From the NCBI GenBank assembly GCA_051530055.1, contig CM121342.1, positions 7,944,691 to 8,008,690 of the forward strand: DNA of 64,000 bases, read 5' to 3'. Under the pieces are notes generated by a model that was not told where the DNA came from, made no database searches, and saw only the letters and a list, made by a program, of their open reading frames with translations. The DNA comes from Neoechinorhynchus agilis. Its lineage: Eukaryota; Animalia; Acanthocephala. The translations under genes and the position numbers were made by a program. Shown piece after piece: positions 11,651-23,759 of the stretch. The first letter of the stretch is position 1; every line of letters begins with the position of its first letter.

Positions 11651-12791
11651 GTTCAAAATCGAGTATGTCCATTATCTATGCAAAACAAATCTAAATTGTA
11701 GAAGCCAACATGTAACTGATCAGAAACACGTTTATTTTCTCTCTAAAAATTCACTAATCTATATTCCCTCCCCTCCGATATTCCACACATCGATCGTTTA
11801 ATTCCGACATTTCCTCAAGGTTTGCCACATCTAAAACACGAACATTATAGCGTTATCCCACGGACTGATTATCATCGGGGAACAATCAAACAGCCTGTTC
11901 TTGGACTCATTGTCCACTAAATTCTGCCATGAACTAGATGGTAATTTCAAACTGAGCTCAAATCAATAATTTCGCAGAAAAAAGGCACTCGATCACATTT
12001 GAGTACTTCTAGATTCTTAAAAATAACTTGGACCAAGTTGTCATTTGACCTTCATCGCTAAAGTTAAATGTCTCTCACCAAAACAATCAAACTTCCACTA
12101 ATTAGAACATGAAAAAAGGTTTTATACGTTCGATTAATTAAGAATATATAAGTATAAACCTTGTTTCCACCCTAAAAGCATTTCTAATACGATATCTGTC
12201 TGTAGAAATACAATCTAGTAGCTTTGGAACACAACCTTTTGCTCCTCGATAATATGCGAGATTTTCATTCGAAACAAAATCGCAAGAGCACATCGAGAAA
12301 TGGGTGACCATTTACGAAGTTTTCGAATACACAAACGATGCTGAAAAGCACACTCGTAGATCTCTCTTTAATTTGGACTTGATTGACATAGGGTCAAATG
12401 ACGAGTTGGTCCAAGTTATTTTTAAGAATCTAGAAGTACTCAAATGTGATCGAGTGCCTTTTTTCTGCGAAATTATTGATTTGAGCTCAGTTTGAAATTA
12501 CCATCTAGTTCATGGCAGAATTTAGTGGACAATGAGTCCAAGAACAGGCTGTTTGATTGTTCCCCGATGATAATCAGTCCGTGGGATAACGCTATAATGT
12601 TCGTGTTTTAGATGTGGCAAATCTTGAGGAAATGTCGGAATTAAACGATCGATGTGTGGAATATCGGAGGGGAGGGAATATAGATTAGTGAATTTTTAAA
12701 GAGAAAATAAACGTGTTTCTGATCAGTTGCATGTTGGCTTCTACAATTTAGATTTGTTTCGCATAGATAATGGACATACTCGATTTGGAAC
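11651..12791. repeat. Nested inverted repeat: 400-bp arms (11651-12050 and 12392-12791) around a 341-bp loop
   Basis: GTTCAAAATCGAGTATGTCC...GTCATTTGACC is the reverse complement of GGTCAAATGAC...GGACATACTCGATTTGGAAC, with only a few mismatches. Confidence 0.95.
12253..12700 (+). pseudogene. Decayed coding-like segment (possibly LRR-type) running from the loop into the right arm of the nested inverted repeat
   Basis: Protein-like reading in three frames (YARFSFETKSQEHIEKWVTIYEVFEY...VIFKNLEVLKCDRVPFF; LSLKLPSSSWQNLVDNE...; RYNVRVLDVANLEEMSEL...), followed by AATAAA near 12706. Confidence 0.35.
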
Positions 12792-13182
12792 GCTTTTTGG
12801 CGAGGTTTTTTAGATCAGATTAAAAAAGATAAAAAAATAGCGAATTTTATAAAGCCTGTGGATTTGAAGGTTGCGTTGTGCCAGTACAATTGAACGAATT
12901 AGCAGTGAAAGAAAAACGAGTTGATACTATGAATTGCCCCGCAGTGAGTATAAAATCATGGTTTAATCCTTTCGTAAATCGATTTCTCTTAAATAAGAGA
13001 GCAAAGTGGAAATCAATGAAACCAAAAGCTAAGCCGCAGATAAGCTATTTGCTATTTTGAAGTTATGCCCGAATTTATTCCTTAAATGGAGGCAATTGTT
13101 TTTAAATATTTTATTTATAAAACGAAAAATCCCGAAATCATATAAATCTTTTGGTCGTTTAGAAGAATTGCATTTCAGAATA

Positions 13183-13543
13183 ATGTCATCGACCGACGAT
13201 GAACCTGAGAAATTCTCCGTGAATGTTCAGACGAACAATAGGAAATACCAATTTTTGCTGGGTAATCTCATTCCGGACGCTGACGATTTTGTACGCTACA
13301 TGTGCCTTAGAGGTGATTGAATCGTAGATTTAAAGATTTTAAACGAAATATCGGTCTTTAACAGGTTCCGCTGGAGTTTATGAAGAACCTGGTGTCGCTG
13401 AAATCGCTTCAATCGTAGATGGAGCAGTCTACAACCGAACTAAGCAATCGACTTTGTCGTACATGCCATCAATCCACAGAAGCTTCAATGAGTTTCATAT
13501 AACAAAGAAAGATGACGAAGATGGATCTGATTCATGTCTTTAG
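13183..13543 (+). CDS. Two-exon orphan gene, 102 aa (exons 13183-13312 and 13365-13543)
   Basis: Removing a 52-nt GT..AG intron (13313-13364) keeps the frame open: MSSTDDEPEKFSVNVQTNNRKYQFLLGNLIPDADDFVRYMCLRG|SAGVYEEPGVAEIASIVDGAVYNRTKQSTLSYMPSIHRSFNEFHITKKDDEDGSDSCL*. The intron size matches the PSMA2 introns. Confidence 0.55.
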
Positions 13544-13699
13544 ACCATTTATATTGCAATTAATTTCATCTTTGGCCCTCTAGCCATATCGATTTTGCAA
13601 TATTTGTAGTAGTAAGGTTCGAATCTGAGATATAATTCGTCTTATTAAATTGCGATCAACTCTAAAAATATTGCTTGATTTCAACGTTTGATCTCACAT

Positions 13700-14090
13700 T
13701 CTAAAATGTCGATTTGTCGACGTCCTTCCAACTGATAGCGACCTTTTTATAAATTTAAAAAACAGCTAAATTTCTAATCGGAGCTTATAATTGGAAATTT
13801 TTGAGCTTCTGAAATGTCGATCCTTCGTCGTCCTTTAAACTGACGACGAAAAATTTTAAATTAAAATAAATTTGCAATCGAACATTATAATTCGCAATTA
13901 TTTGACATAATTGTTTGATTTATAAGCTTCTGAAATGTCGACCCATCTTCGTCCTTTGAACAGAGGACAAAAAGTTATTTTGAATGAGCCGAATTTCTAA
14001 TGATTTGTAATCGAAGATTATAATTCGCAATTATTTGACATAATTTTTTGATTCGGATTTATAGGTATCTAAAATGTTGATGCTCAATCA
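13700..14090. repeat. Degenerate tandem repeat, ~107-138 bp units, spanning the inner end of the right arm
   Basis: AAATGT(C/T)GA-anchored units at ~13705, 13812, 13933 and 14071; TTATAATTCGCAATTATTTGACATAATT occurs twice. Confidence 0.6.
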
Positions 14091-16903
14091 TTTATATAAA
14101 AGGGCGATTTAAATTCCAAATCAAAAGTAGCTGAATTTCTCCGAGTTTTCGATGAATAATCATTTGGCACGATTTTTGGATTTGCTCTGCGGACTTTAGA
14201 GTCGTTTCAAACCCTAAGTAACCCAAATCATGGCGATTGCTCGTGGAGTTTTTAATTTAAACAACTTTGACATGATTTTTTAGGTTATGTTTTCCGAAGC
14301 CTCAAGACATTAAATCTTCGTTTTTAGTTCTGATCAAACTGGATTTTTTTAAATAAGAATTGAAAGACATCTTTTCAATCGAGAAATTAATTATGAAGCG
14401 CTCAAGTCGTGTCTATGAAACTTTTTCTATTCAGCGTAATTGAATTGTAATTTAATTTGACATTTGTACGACCCACATACATTGTTGATTTATTTGCCTA
14501 GCTTTCTCCGTGACTTCAACAGGGAAGTAATCTAAAATGTGTGATGTGGGGAGACACAAACAGGTCGCAACATCCGCGAATCGACTCCTATTCGGCAATG
14601 GTTCCATATCGACGTTTCCTTTATTTTTGCATTAGTCGAAATTGTGTCCTTTTTATAAAATCTATAGGAAAGATCGATTTCTTCTTACAAGCAATAGAGA
14701 CTGAAGAGGCAAACCAGCACATAAAAACAACAACAAATAAATCATTTCTTAAAGCATCAAACGCACATCATTAAACCTGTCATAACTAATGACTTTGCTG
14801 CGGCGATAACCCACGTGATTACCACGCGTTCCAAGCCTAAAACGCATTTATGACAGAAAAGCTGCGTCGAGAAAATCCAAGACACGACAGAATCGATTAT
14901 CAAAGCTCTGTGATCAAGTTTTTTTGTTTTCATAAAAATGGTGCGACCAAATACCGCTAGGACTGAGAGAAGAAAACGCAAGCTGGTTATAAGTGAAGAA
15001 TTGGAGCAGAAGGAGTTAGACGAAAAGAATAAGGAGATTCTGGATAATTTGGATACTGTTATGGTGGAATTTAAAAGGCGTGTTCAACGTGATCAGTGGA
15101 ATGCTATTGTAAATAATAGTTCACGGAGAAGATGCCGAAGACAATACAGCATCCCGAAATTATCTTTTGTAAAGACGTTCCGTTCGATTTTTATGTCAGT
15201 GACCTCGAAGCGTTTCCGAGTCACAAGCGCAGCGCTGGATATTTTTCAATTGGCTGCGGAGAATGAATTGGTCGGTATGATGGAACTCAGCCGTCTCCTT
15301 ATTTGTCATGCAAGACGAAAAACGTTCATGCTCAGGGACCTGGCTCTTTACAAATCAATCTATGACAACTTTGTCAATAAAAATTGAATGTGTCTGTGTA
15401 TGAAAAATCGGATTTGTTGATTTCAATAAACATTCATCATCGGCTTCTATAATAATTCTGTGTTTTTTCGTGAAAAGAATAGTAGAAACTGATGGTTCTC
15501 TGTCACAAATTTAATCTACCTGTTTTTAGAAGTCCAACGAAGCAATCGAATTAATAAATCAGTGTCGATTTTATTAATCATCAAAAGAAGAACACAAAAA
15601 TCATGTTAAACATAAAATGGAGTCGTAAATACTTGCAAACAATAATTGACTGAAGAAGTCCAGTGTGATTGGACGAAATATTTCAATTAAAGTCAGTCTT
15701 TGATATGTAATTTTTCCCCGCCGTCACATAAATCTACAACTTCTTTAAAATGATTATTTCGTCGATCGTATCCGCTTATCGAAATAATCGCTAAAAAGTT
15801 CGGAGCTAATGATCGATATTATTTAAGATGGACGATTGCTTTAAAGCTTTTTCGCGTTTTTTAATGGTTTTTGCACTTCTTGGCGGTAATCCATTTTCTT
15901 TAAAGTATAATAAACTAATTGATTGCCTTCTACATATTTAAAAACGGCCAAATCAGTCGATCTTCGTGGATTTGCTTAAAATTCAACCCTACAAACGATA
16001 TTTCAATCGCTAAGCGCCATTTTGAACAAAGTGTGCTATTTCGACATCCGTTTAATCTGATTATTGATAGAAATCAAACATTCTGTATCGTAATTAAAGC
16101 GTCCGATTTACTTGCCTGAGATGCCGGATATCTAGGATAATTCTATTCAATCATTCGGTCTGTATTTTAATTTATGAAATACACTTTTCGGCCTACTGTC
16201 AGGAATCATTGTGTTACTTTGAGGCGTACTTCAATCGTGAAGTTGTCGCAAAGGAGAATACTGTTAATACAAAGAAAGGTTTAGGAGGACCCATGTACCT
16301 TTGGGTCCTTTTCCGTTAATATGGATATATGCAGCCGAGGGACGGTTCGTTCGGGAGGTAATATCTGGTCGGAGGGATTCCTATTCGGGTAGGAACTAAG
16401 GAGCGTAGGTACAGGGAGGTGCGAGGTGCTTGCTTCAACATCGCATTTTATCTAATTTCGTCTTCCACTCTGGATAAACTATGATAGGAGGAATCGTCAA
16501 TAAACGGCAACTCAAGAAACACACGGTTCTTATCCGATGTCACGACTGTCGGCCTTTCAAATCTAGCGCTTACTTCTTCCAACGAGATTACTTCGATGGT
16601 CGAAATTAAACACGGAAGCTGCTTAACTCATTTGGCGCAAGTCCCATTTCAGATTTGATTGAAATTGGAGACTCAGAATTCTTAGGGAGGTTACTCGTAG
16701 GATGTCATTTAGAATCTCGGGGGAAGATTTGGGGTTGTGTGAGAATGAAGGGATCATTTCGAAGCATTTAGAGAAATTGAGATGGAGTTTGTGATTGGTG
16801 CAGAAATCTTTTATGTGTGTGATTTCGTTATAGGTTCAGGAAAGGGGAATGATACGGGTGACGTGGGAGCGATTATTGTGTAGGTTGCGTAGGAGCGTAT
16901 CAT
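13899..16903. repeat. Right arm of the ~3.0-kb inverted duplication
   Basis: Reverse complement of 5668-8679 with scattered substitutions and small indels. Confidence 0.97.
14938..15387 (+). CDS. Divergent histone H3 variant, CenH3/CENP-A-like (copy 2), 149 aa
   Basis: Differs from copy 1 by 3 nt (2 synonymous; one P/A change in QWN(P/A)IV, N-terminal of the fold). AATAAA at 15425-15430; no histone stem-loop seen. Confidence 0.85.
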   Translation: MVRPNTARTERRKRKLVISEELEQKELDEKNKEILDNLDTVMVEFKRRVQRDQWNAIVNNSSRRRCRRQYSIPKLSFVKTFRSIFMSVTSKRFRVTSAALDIFQLAAENELVGMMELSRLLICHARRKTFMLRDLALYKSIYDNFVNKN

Positions 16904-17339
16904 AAATGCAAAGTAGGGCATCGTTGCAGAAAATTTGGATCGGAAGCCGAATTGAATAAGTGTAATTTTTAGAATGAAGATTGATAGAAGGTGTGCTTTA
17001 AAGCATCTCTCTAAGATTTTAGAGAAGGAAGGTAAGAAAGAGATGGGTCGAAAACTTGGAGCAGGTTTACCCGATCTGTTTTAAGCAATTAGGGAAGATT
17101 CCGGCCTTGAAACTTTGGTTGATTATATGGGTCAGTGGATCAATTAAATCAGGGGTGATAAAGCGTAGAGCCCAGTAGGGAATGGGAAAGTTAGTGGATG
17201 ATTTGCGTGGCGTTTTTTTGTATTTTTCCATCAGAAGTGACTGGGAGAGGAGGTTTGCCATCTTTTCGTGCAGAGGATGTCTTGTTTTCATCGAGTTCAA
17301 CGAATGAAAAATTGAAGCTTTACTGTAATCAAAGCACAA
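16265..17339 (-). mobile_element. L2/CR1-group LINE relic; extends beyond the right arm, so it marks the probable donor side
   Basis: Mirror of 5668-6305 plus the upstream RT-proximal segment IPYWALRFITPDLIDPLTHIINQSFKAGIFPNCLK. Confidence 0.8.
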
Positions 17340-18750
17340 TTTTCATGCTGTCCATTTACCGCTGAACAGTAAATCTATCGCCGAACAAAAAAAGAGAAAT
17401 AAGAGTCGTGAATATTTCATAACGATGAAATCAAAGTTCAGATCGAACAATACTATAATTCGCATGTAAACTCATTTTGAAATATTTCAGATATTCGACG
17501 TTTTCCTCGTTCGAAATATCTAAATTCAAAATATGCTTTGTGATCGCTTTCGCGACCTTTTTGAGGATTTATGGTCGTTTACGTCTTCACTTATTTCCTT
17601 TTGGAGCTCATTCGATATTTTTAAATAAAACAATTGACCGGAAACTAGACAATTGTTAACCAATTCATTTTAGTGCTACAAAAACAACAAAATTAATTTG
17701 AAACAATTAAAAATTCATGGTGAAATATTGCTTGCATTTATACGAAAATAAAAATTACGAGGCAAAGGTTAGTTATCAAGCATAGACAAAACTGAATTTC
17801 GGTTTATTCTTCTTTTGAGCGATTTTTGCACATTTTACGCCGATTTATTGATAAAAATGATTTTGGATATATTATGAAGACAGATTATCAAAAACGTATT
17901 TTGCAAATAATCTTATAAATTAGACTTTCCGTATAGTTGAAACTTCCTAAAAGATTGACTATTCAATTTTGGTTGTTTGTCACTTTTTTGCACCTTTCGA
18001 TGGTTTGGTTACCAGATCTAAAGTCTCTTAAACAATTAGGCAATGGAGATCAAAAGATTAAGGGAGATTGTTTTGTTTATGATTCTTAGAAGACACCATG
18101 CGCCATCTTTTTTATATTTTTGGTGCTTCAAAAGGTTTCTGTATTTTTTTAAATCTTAATCCAACCGTTTTTAAAAATAATGCGAGAAATCAGTTAAAGA
18201 CTGAGTGCAGAATAAGAAGCTACTTTGCCGAATCGTTTCGCTTTTGACCAATTTAATCTCACCAATTTATCCTTAATTTTAATTCTTAACACTATTTTGA
18301 GCAGTGTTCAAAAGTACAACATGTTCACTTTACTCCGTTCATAATAATAAAATTTTAGCTTTATTAAAGAACATAGTTCCATTAGTATGACAATGGATAC
18401 TAGAAGTCGTCGATGCAGATTATCTTTATGGAACTTTTTTAATTTCAGGCATCGTCCTAATAAAAGATATTTTGTTATTGTAATGACAATGCAGTCGCAC
18501 AAAAAAACTGAATTAAAGTCAAATTGGAATAAGGTGATAAGAAATGTAACTACCTTCAAGTGTTAATACAGGTTTGCGAGGAAAATAACGCAGAATTATA
18601 GAAATAAAAATATTCAGCTTCAATATACGCGCAGATCTTTAAAAATGACTATAAAGTCGCTATTCAAATGATCCACAAAAACAAATTTACTAATTTTTAA
18701 AAGTTGAAGGTAAAAGCTTTTAAAATTACAAAAATTGAGTATCCCACAAA

Positions 18751-19757
18751 ACACTAAGCGATTTTTTAGCTTGGAAAACATTTACCATGAATTTTGTGTG
18801 TGGATTTTATTAATTATCAATACAGTAATAAGTAATTTTCCTTCTTTTCTAGGGGTAACGCGAATAATTGTTTGTTGGAAAACATTGCTGATATCCATAC
18901 CACAGACAAAAGCAAAACCTAATAACAAATCCATTTCTGTGAACTACCCAACGAGTTCTACCAAATCGGATTAATGGCCGCAAATGTTTATCGATTTTCA
19001 GAAAATCTATTCTACAGGTTTGTATCGAACTGCATTTAAAAAGTAAGTTATAATCAAGAGAATTTCGGCCAGAATTTCTTTTTTAAAAACCAGTAATAGT
19101 TGACGTGAATCATTACTTAGAAAAAAAGAAAATTAATAAATTAGTGGAAATGTTCGATTTTTGTTACTGATGTGATAATTGGAACAAAAATCTGCTTCAA
19201 GTCTAAATTTTTTGCATTAAAACTTCACATTTGTGCGCCTCATTCAATGAATCCACTTTAGAGTCTACAAAGTAAAAAAATAAGAAAAACGTAAAAAAGT
19301 GATGTTCTTTAAAAATCTCGCAAAGATTTTATTTTTATACACTAAGCAATTTTTTAGCTTGGAAAACATTTACCATGAATTTTGTGTGTGGATTTTATTA
19401 ATTATCAATACAGTAATAAGTAATTTTCCTTCTTTTCTAGGGGTAACGCGAATAATTGTTTGTTGGAAAACATTGCTGATATCCATACCACAGACAAAAG
19501 CAAAACCTAATAACAAATCCATTTCTGTGAACTACCCAACGAGTTCTACCAAATCGGATTAATGGCCGCAAATGTTTATCGATTTTCAGAAAATCTATTC
19601 TACAGGTTTGTATCGAACTGCATTTAAAAAGTAAGTTATAATCAAAATTTCGGCCAGAATTTTTTTTTAAAAACCAGTAATAGTTGACGTGAATCTGTTC
19701 GATTTTTGTTACTGATGTGATAATTGGAACAAAAATCTGCTTCAAGTCTAATTTTTT
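18751..19757. repeat. Direct duplication of ~420-460 bp (18751-19213 and 19339-19757), offset 588 bp
   Basis: ACACTAAGC..TTTTTTAGCTTGGAAAACATTTACCATG...GCTTCAAGTCTA is present twice; the second copy has a ~40-bp deletion. Confidence 0.9.
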
Positions 19758-20064
19758 AATAAAATGAAAATGATTGATTTTTGACTTGTTAATTATTTCG
19801 GAAAAAACGGAATATTGTTTAACCTTTGAAAACCCAGTATAAAAGTGTACCTTTTTACTTGGAATAAAGGAAAAAGTTCGAATAAATGACAAGTAAGCCC
19901 GTATTCTATTCAGAGACCTTTGTCGATAATGAAAATCACTGACTTCGAAAAGAGATTTCGCTACTTGATAATTATGATTGGAGGTCACTTTTAACCCTTT
20001 GGATTCGGATTTACATTAATTTACTTGTATTATTTTTGATGTTATATTTTGTGTTTGCCTATGG

Positions 20065-20323
20065 CGGAAACAATTGAATGAATGCTATTAAATCCGATAT
20101 TTCGCCACAATCTTTTGCCTCTTTATCAAGGTTTCTACGAGCTCTCATATTTAAAAACTTACAAGAAACCTTTATCAAAACACCTACAAGATTGTGCCTA
20201 CGAAATATTCGAATTAATAAATTCGTTTAATTTTTACGCCGGAAACAATTGAATGAATGTTATTAAATCCGATATTTCGCCACAATCTTTTGCCTCTTTA
20301 TCAAGGTTTCTACTAGCTCTCAT
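20065..20323. repeat. 84-bp direct repeat (20065-20148 and 20240-20323) in the PSMA2 upstream region
   Basis: CGGAAACAATTGAATGAATG.TATTAAATCCGATATTTCGCCACAATC...AGCTCTCAT occurs twice with ~2 mismatches. Confidence 0.9.
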
Positions 20324-20453
20324 CTCCTTTGGCCCTTTAGGCGTACGATAAAGGTGAATATAGCGACAAATCACACGTTTTTGATTCTTCCGTGTTTTGA
20401 GAAATGGCAATCGCGCGAATTTCTGGTTTACTTTGCATCGACACTTTTTTAAA

Positions 20454-21257
20454 ATGACTGAACGTTATGGATTTTCGTTGACGACATTTAGGTTTGGTTT
20501 TTTGTTTAGAGATTGTTTATCATCTCGAATTTTTATAGTCCAACGGGTAAACTCGTTCAGATTGAGTACGCATTGAACGCGGTGACTTCAGCTCCTCCTT
20601 CAGTTGCCATAAAAGGTAATTTTGTATCTTTTCCTTCGTTTTGTTAGTGTTATTTAATAAAAAGCCAAAAACGGGGTTGTTTTGGCTACTGAAAAGAAAG
20701 TTGCGTCCAGTCTTCATGATCATGAGAGTATAAAGAAGATAAACAAAATCTGCCACAATATTGGAATGGTCTACAGCGGTCTTGGACCGGACTACCGTCT
20801 TCTTCTCACCTACTCACGTCAACTCGCTCAACAATACATTTTCAAGTACGAACCGAATGTTCCGCCAATTCAATTGGTAAAAAGCGTTGCTGATGTGATG
20901 CAGGAGTATACCCAGTCCGGCGGAGTTAGACCATTCGGAGTGTCTCTCCTTATCGGTGGATACGATTATGACAAAGACGAACCATACGTGTTCCAATGCG
21001 ATCCATCCGGCTCGTATTTCGCTTGGAAGGCGACTGTTCTCGGTCGGAACTATATGACCGGTCGTGCTTTCCTTGAGAAAAGATATAATGAAAATCTTAT
21101 GCTTGAAGATGCCGTACATACGGCCGTCGTCACACTCAAAGAACTCTTCGAAGGTCAAATGAACGAAGACAATATCGAAATTGGTATCTGCGACAAAGAA
21201 AATGGATTCCGGGTTCTTAGTGCGAACGAAGTTAAAGATTATCTGAGTGGGATTTAA
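20454..21257 (+). CDS. PSMA2: 20S proteasome subunit alpha type-2, 235 aa; exons 20454-20491, 20539-20615, 20665-21257
   Basis: The spliced product starts [28 protein letters not shown]...[13 protein letters not shown] and contains [17 protein letters not shown] and [16 protein letters not shown] introns of 47 and 49 nt. Confidence 0.96.
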
Positions 21258-21845
21258 TGCGGTTCTCCTTTTTTGTCCCAACAACACAATTTTACCTTCG
21301 TTTTTCAGATATGAAAAAATTGACGCAAATTGCGTTGGGGAAAATTGGCAGCATGGACGCCCGATACTTCAATAATCTGCTAGAAAGACAATCTCCTTTT
21401 TTTCAGGAAAAGTTCTTGGATACCGTCAGTCTTAGTACTATTCTTATAAGTCAGTGTTTGTGTAGATACAGGGAAGGTCTTTTCTCCATAGTTTCGTAGA
21501 TTGTTAAACGAATTTTTCGATTAGCCGATCGTAGAAGGAAAATTCGATGATTTACAAATCGCGAAGAACGAAAAACATTACTCGATGCTTTTCCGTTGAA
21601 ACATTTACTTCAGAATAGGGCACTCTTATGGATAACTCAAAAAGTTAATCGAATTAAAATATTCGAAGTTTTTCAAGTTGATACTTTTAAAATCAAAAAA
21701 TATCCGTTTAGTTTATTTATATTCTAAAATATCTGTTTGAGAAAATTTTACTTGTACTCACGAGTCAAAACTCGCGTCGTTCGAATTTAACAATTTTTTT
21801 GTAAAATCAGAATTAAAAGTTTTTTGTCTCAGTGTTTGTTTATTT

Positions 21846-23620
21846 TTGACATTGGAGCTACACAAACACTACGATACCCTTGGAATAGAAATCCCCATAA
21901 GCTACGTTCATCGATGGCAAATCGTCCTCTCCATTTTATTGAGCCAAAGTGATATGAACTCCGATGACATTATGCTGACAACAACGAAATTACTGAGGAA
22001 TCGATCTCTTCGAGAAGTGTTCATTGACGTGTATATGTGTGAGTTTGTGATGGTTGGCGACGTGTTGATTTACCGCGATCCGGGTGGAATGGAAATGCCT
22101 GCGGTTCTACTACCTCTAAAGCACCTGATCTCTGAACCCAATCGAGTTGAGCGCATATCGCATTCACAATCGATGGCAATGACTGCCATTTACGCTTCCT
22201 TTCTAGAGTCGCTTAATAATGAAGAATTTACTTTCATAGCCCACGGAGGCATTCGTCTTAATTTTGAGAAGTTTTTGTATTACACTCGAAAGCCATTCCT
22301 GAAGCGAATAATCGGTGTTCATTTTGACGGTCAGCAGTTGGAGTACAAGAAGGCCAGTAAGATTACCGATTTCTTCACTGAACTCCTTACTGAAAACCGC
22401 GTCAAATTCGTGAACCTGATTGACCTCAGGTCTCATTGCTTTCGTAATATTGCTCTTCGGTGCACTGTGCTTAGTTCAATCGATCAATGTTGGGACCGGG
22501 TATTGGCCCATTTTAGCGAAGATTTCATCAAGGAAGTCATGGATGGATCCAAACCTCTGATTGAATCCCCGATTGATGAAAACGACAAGGATGCGATGAT
22601 TCGTGGCGAAGTGGGTTCTATGCAGCGAAGACGACTAATGTTCGAACAAGTTCATATCGATAATATCGCAGCTGATCGGCCTCTAAGACAATCCGTCGTC
22701 AATGAACTGAAGCATCTTTTATTGGGATGCCAGAAATACCTCATTGAGCTTAGATTAGAAAGGCTAAGTATTTGTTTTCAAACGTGGAAAATCCTTGGGG
22801 ATTTGGGACAAATCCAAAGACTATTGCTGGTTGACGTTTATACCGAGGGTGATCCCATCTGCAATCTTAGTATCATTTGTCATACTCTCCACGAGCGATT
22901 CGGTAGGAAAAATGGGCTCTCTGTAACGCTTTCAAGTGTTTATCCGCATGTCGCTAAGCTGTCAAACACCAAAGCTTGCCATAAATGCATTGATGGTTCT
23001 GGCAACAATGAATGCGGGCACGCTCCTTCGATATGTAAACTGCCCAAGACTCTATGGTCCCCGTTGGAACGGCTCGTCGTTGCTTCGACTCTCATCACTG
23101 AATGCGGTGTGATTTCGTTAGCTGGACTCATTGAAGCCTCGGAGAATCTAAAGGAGCTCCAACTTACTAATATCCTCGTATGGTTATCGTCTGTTGATGA
23201 ACTATTGTGCTTTTGGATCGGTTCATCAACAGATTTTTAAACGAAACTCCAAAGCTCTGTGACGAACATGCAACGATCGGCCGACTGTGGGAGCGACTGA
23301 TACAACAAATCAGGAATCGGTACAAAACTCTGTCAAGACTGTTCCTCCGTCGTCTTAATTTCGATATTCGTTGCTGGAAAGGACTAAGTGAATATATGGA
23401 TTTGCGTGAACGAGATTGGAAGATGGGTTGTTTACCTGAACCGCTGGAAAGTACCGAGATTAGAATACAAGAAATGCAGGTACCACTCGATTTTATTTCC
23501 CATTTGAAAAGTATAATCAACGGTTGCAAATCAATTAGGCATGTTCAAGTGGTTAATTGTAATATAGAAGATACTGTGTATACACCCGATGTAGAAGACT
23601 TTACTCCAGATAATCCATAA
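21846..23620 (+). CDS. Uncharacterised protein with RNI-like leucine-rich repeats; the two ORFs are probably joined by a 44-nt intron (23189-23232); true start uncertain
   Basis: 464-aa open frame containing LERLVVASTLITECGVISLAGLIEASENLKELQLTN (RI-type LRR). Removing GTCTG...AACAG links it in frame to ORF 23207-23620. Confidence 0.6.
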
Positions 23621-23759
23621 TAAAGAATTCGTAAGCGCGTGTGGCTGAAGATTTCGATGAGGTGAATGTTTCTCGCTATTTGAGTTTTATGATATTTTTC
23701 CAATACAATCGATATTACTAAAACAATAATAGCACTGCACCTCTGGGTCCGCATGAACA

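Noticed and set aside
18308-18559. Possible membrane-protein exon (LHRRLLVSIV, reminiscent of ABCC or class B GPCR segments)
   Set aside because: Too short and ambiguous; flanking motifs do not follow either family, and AT-rich DNA readily yields hydrophobic ORFs.
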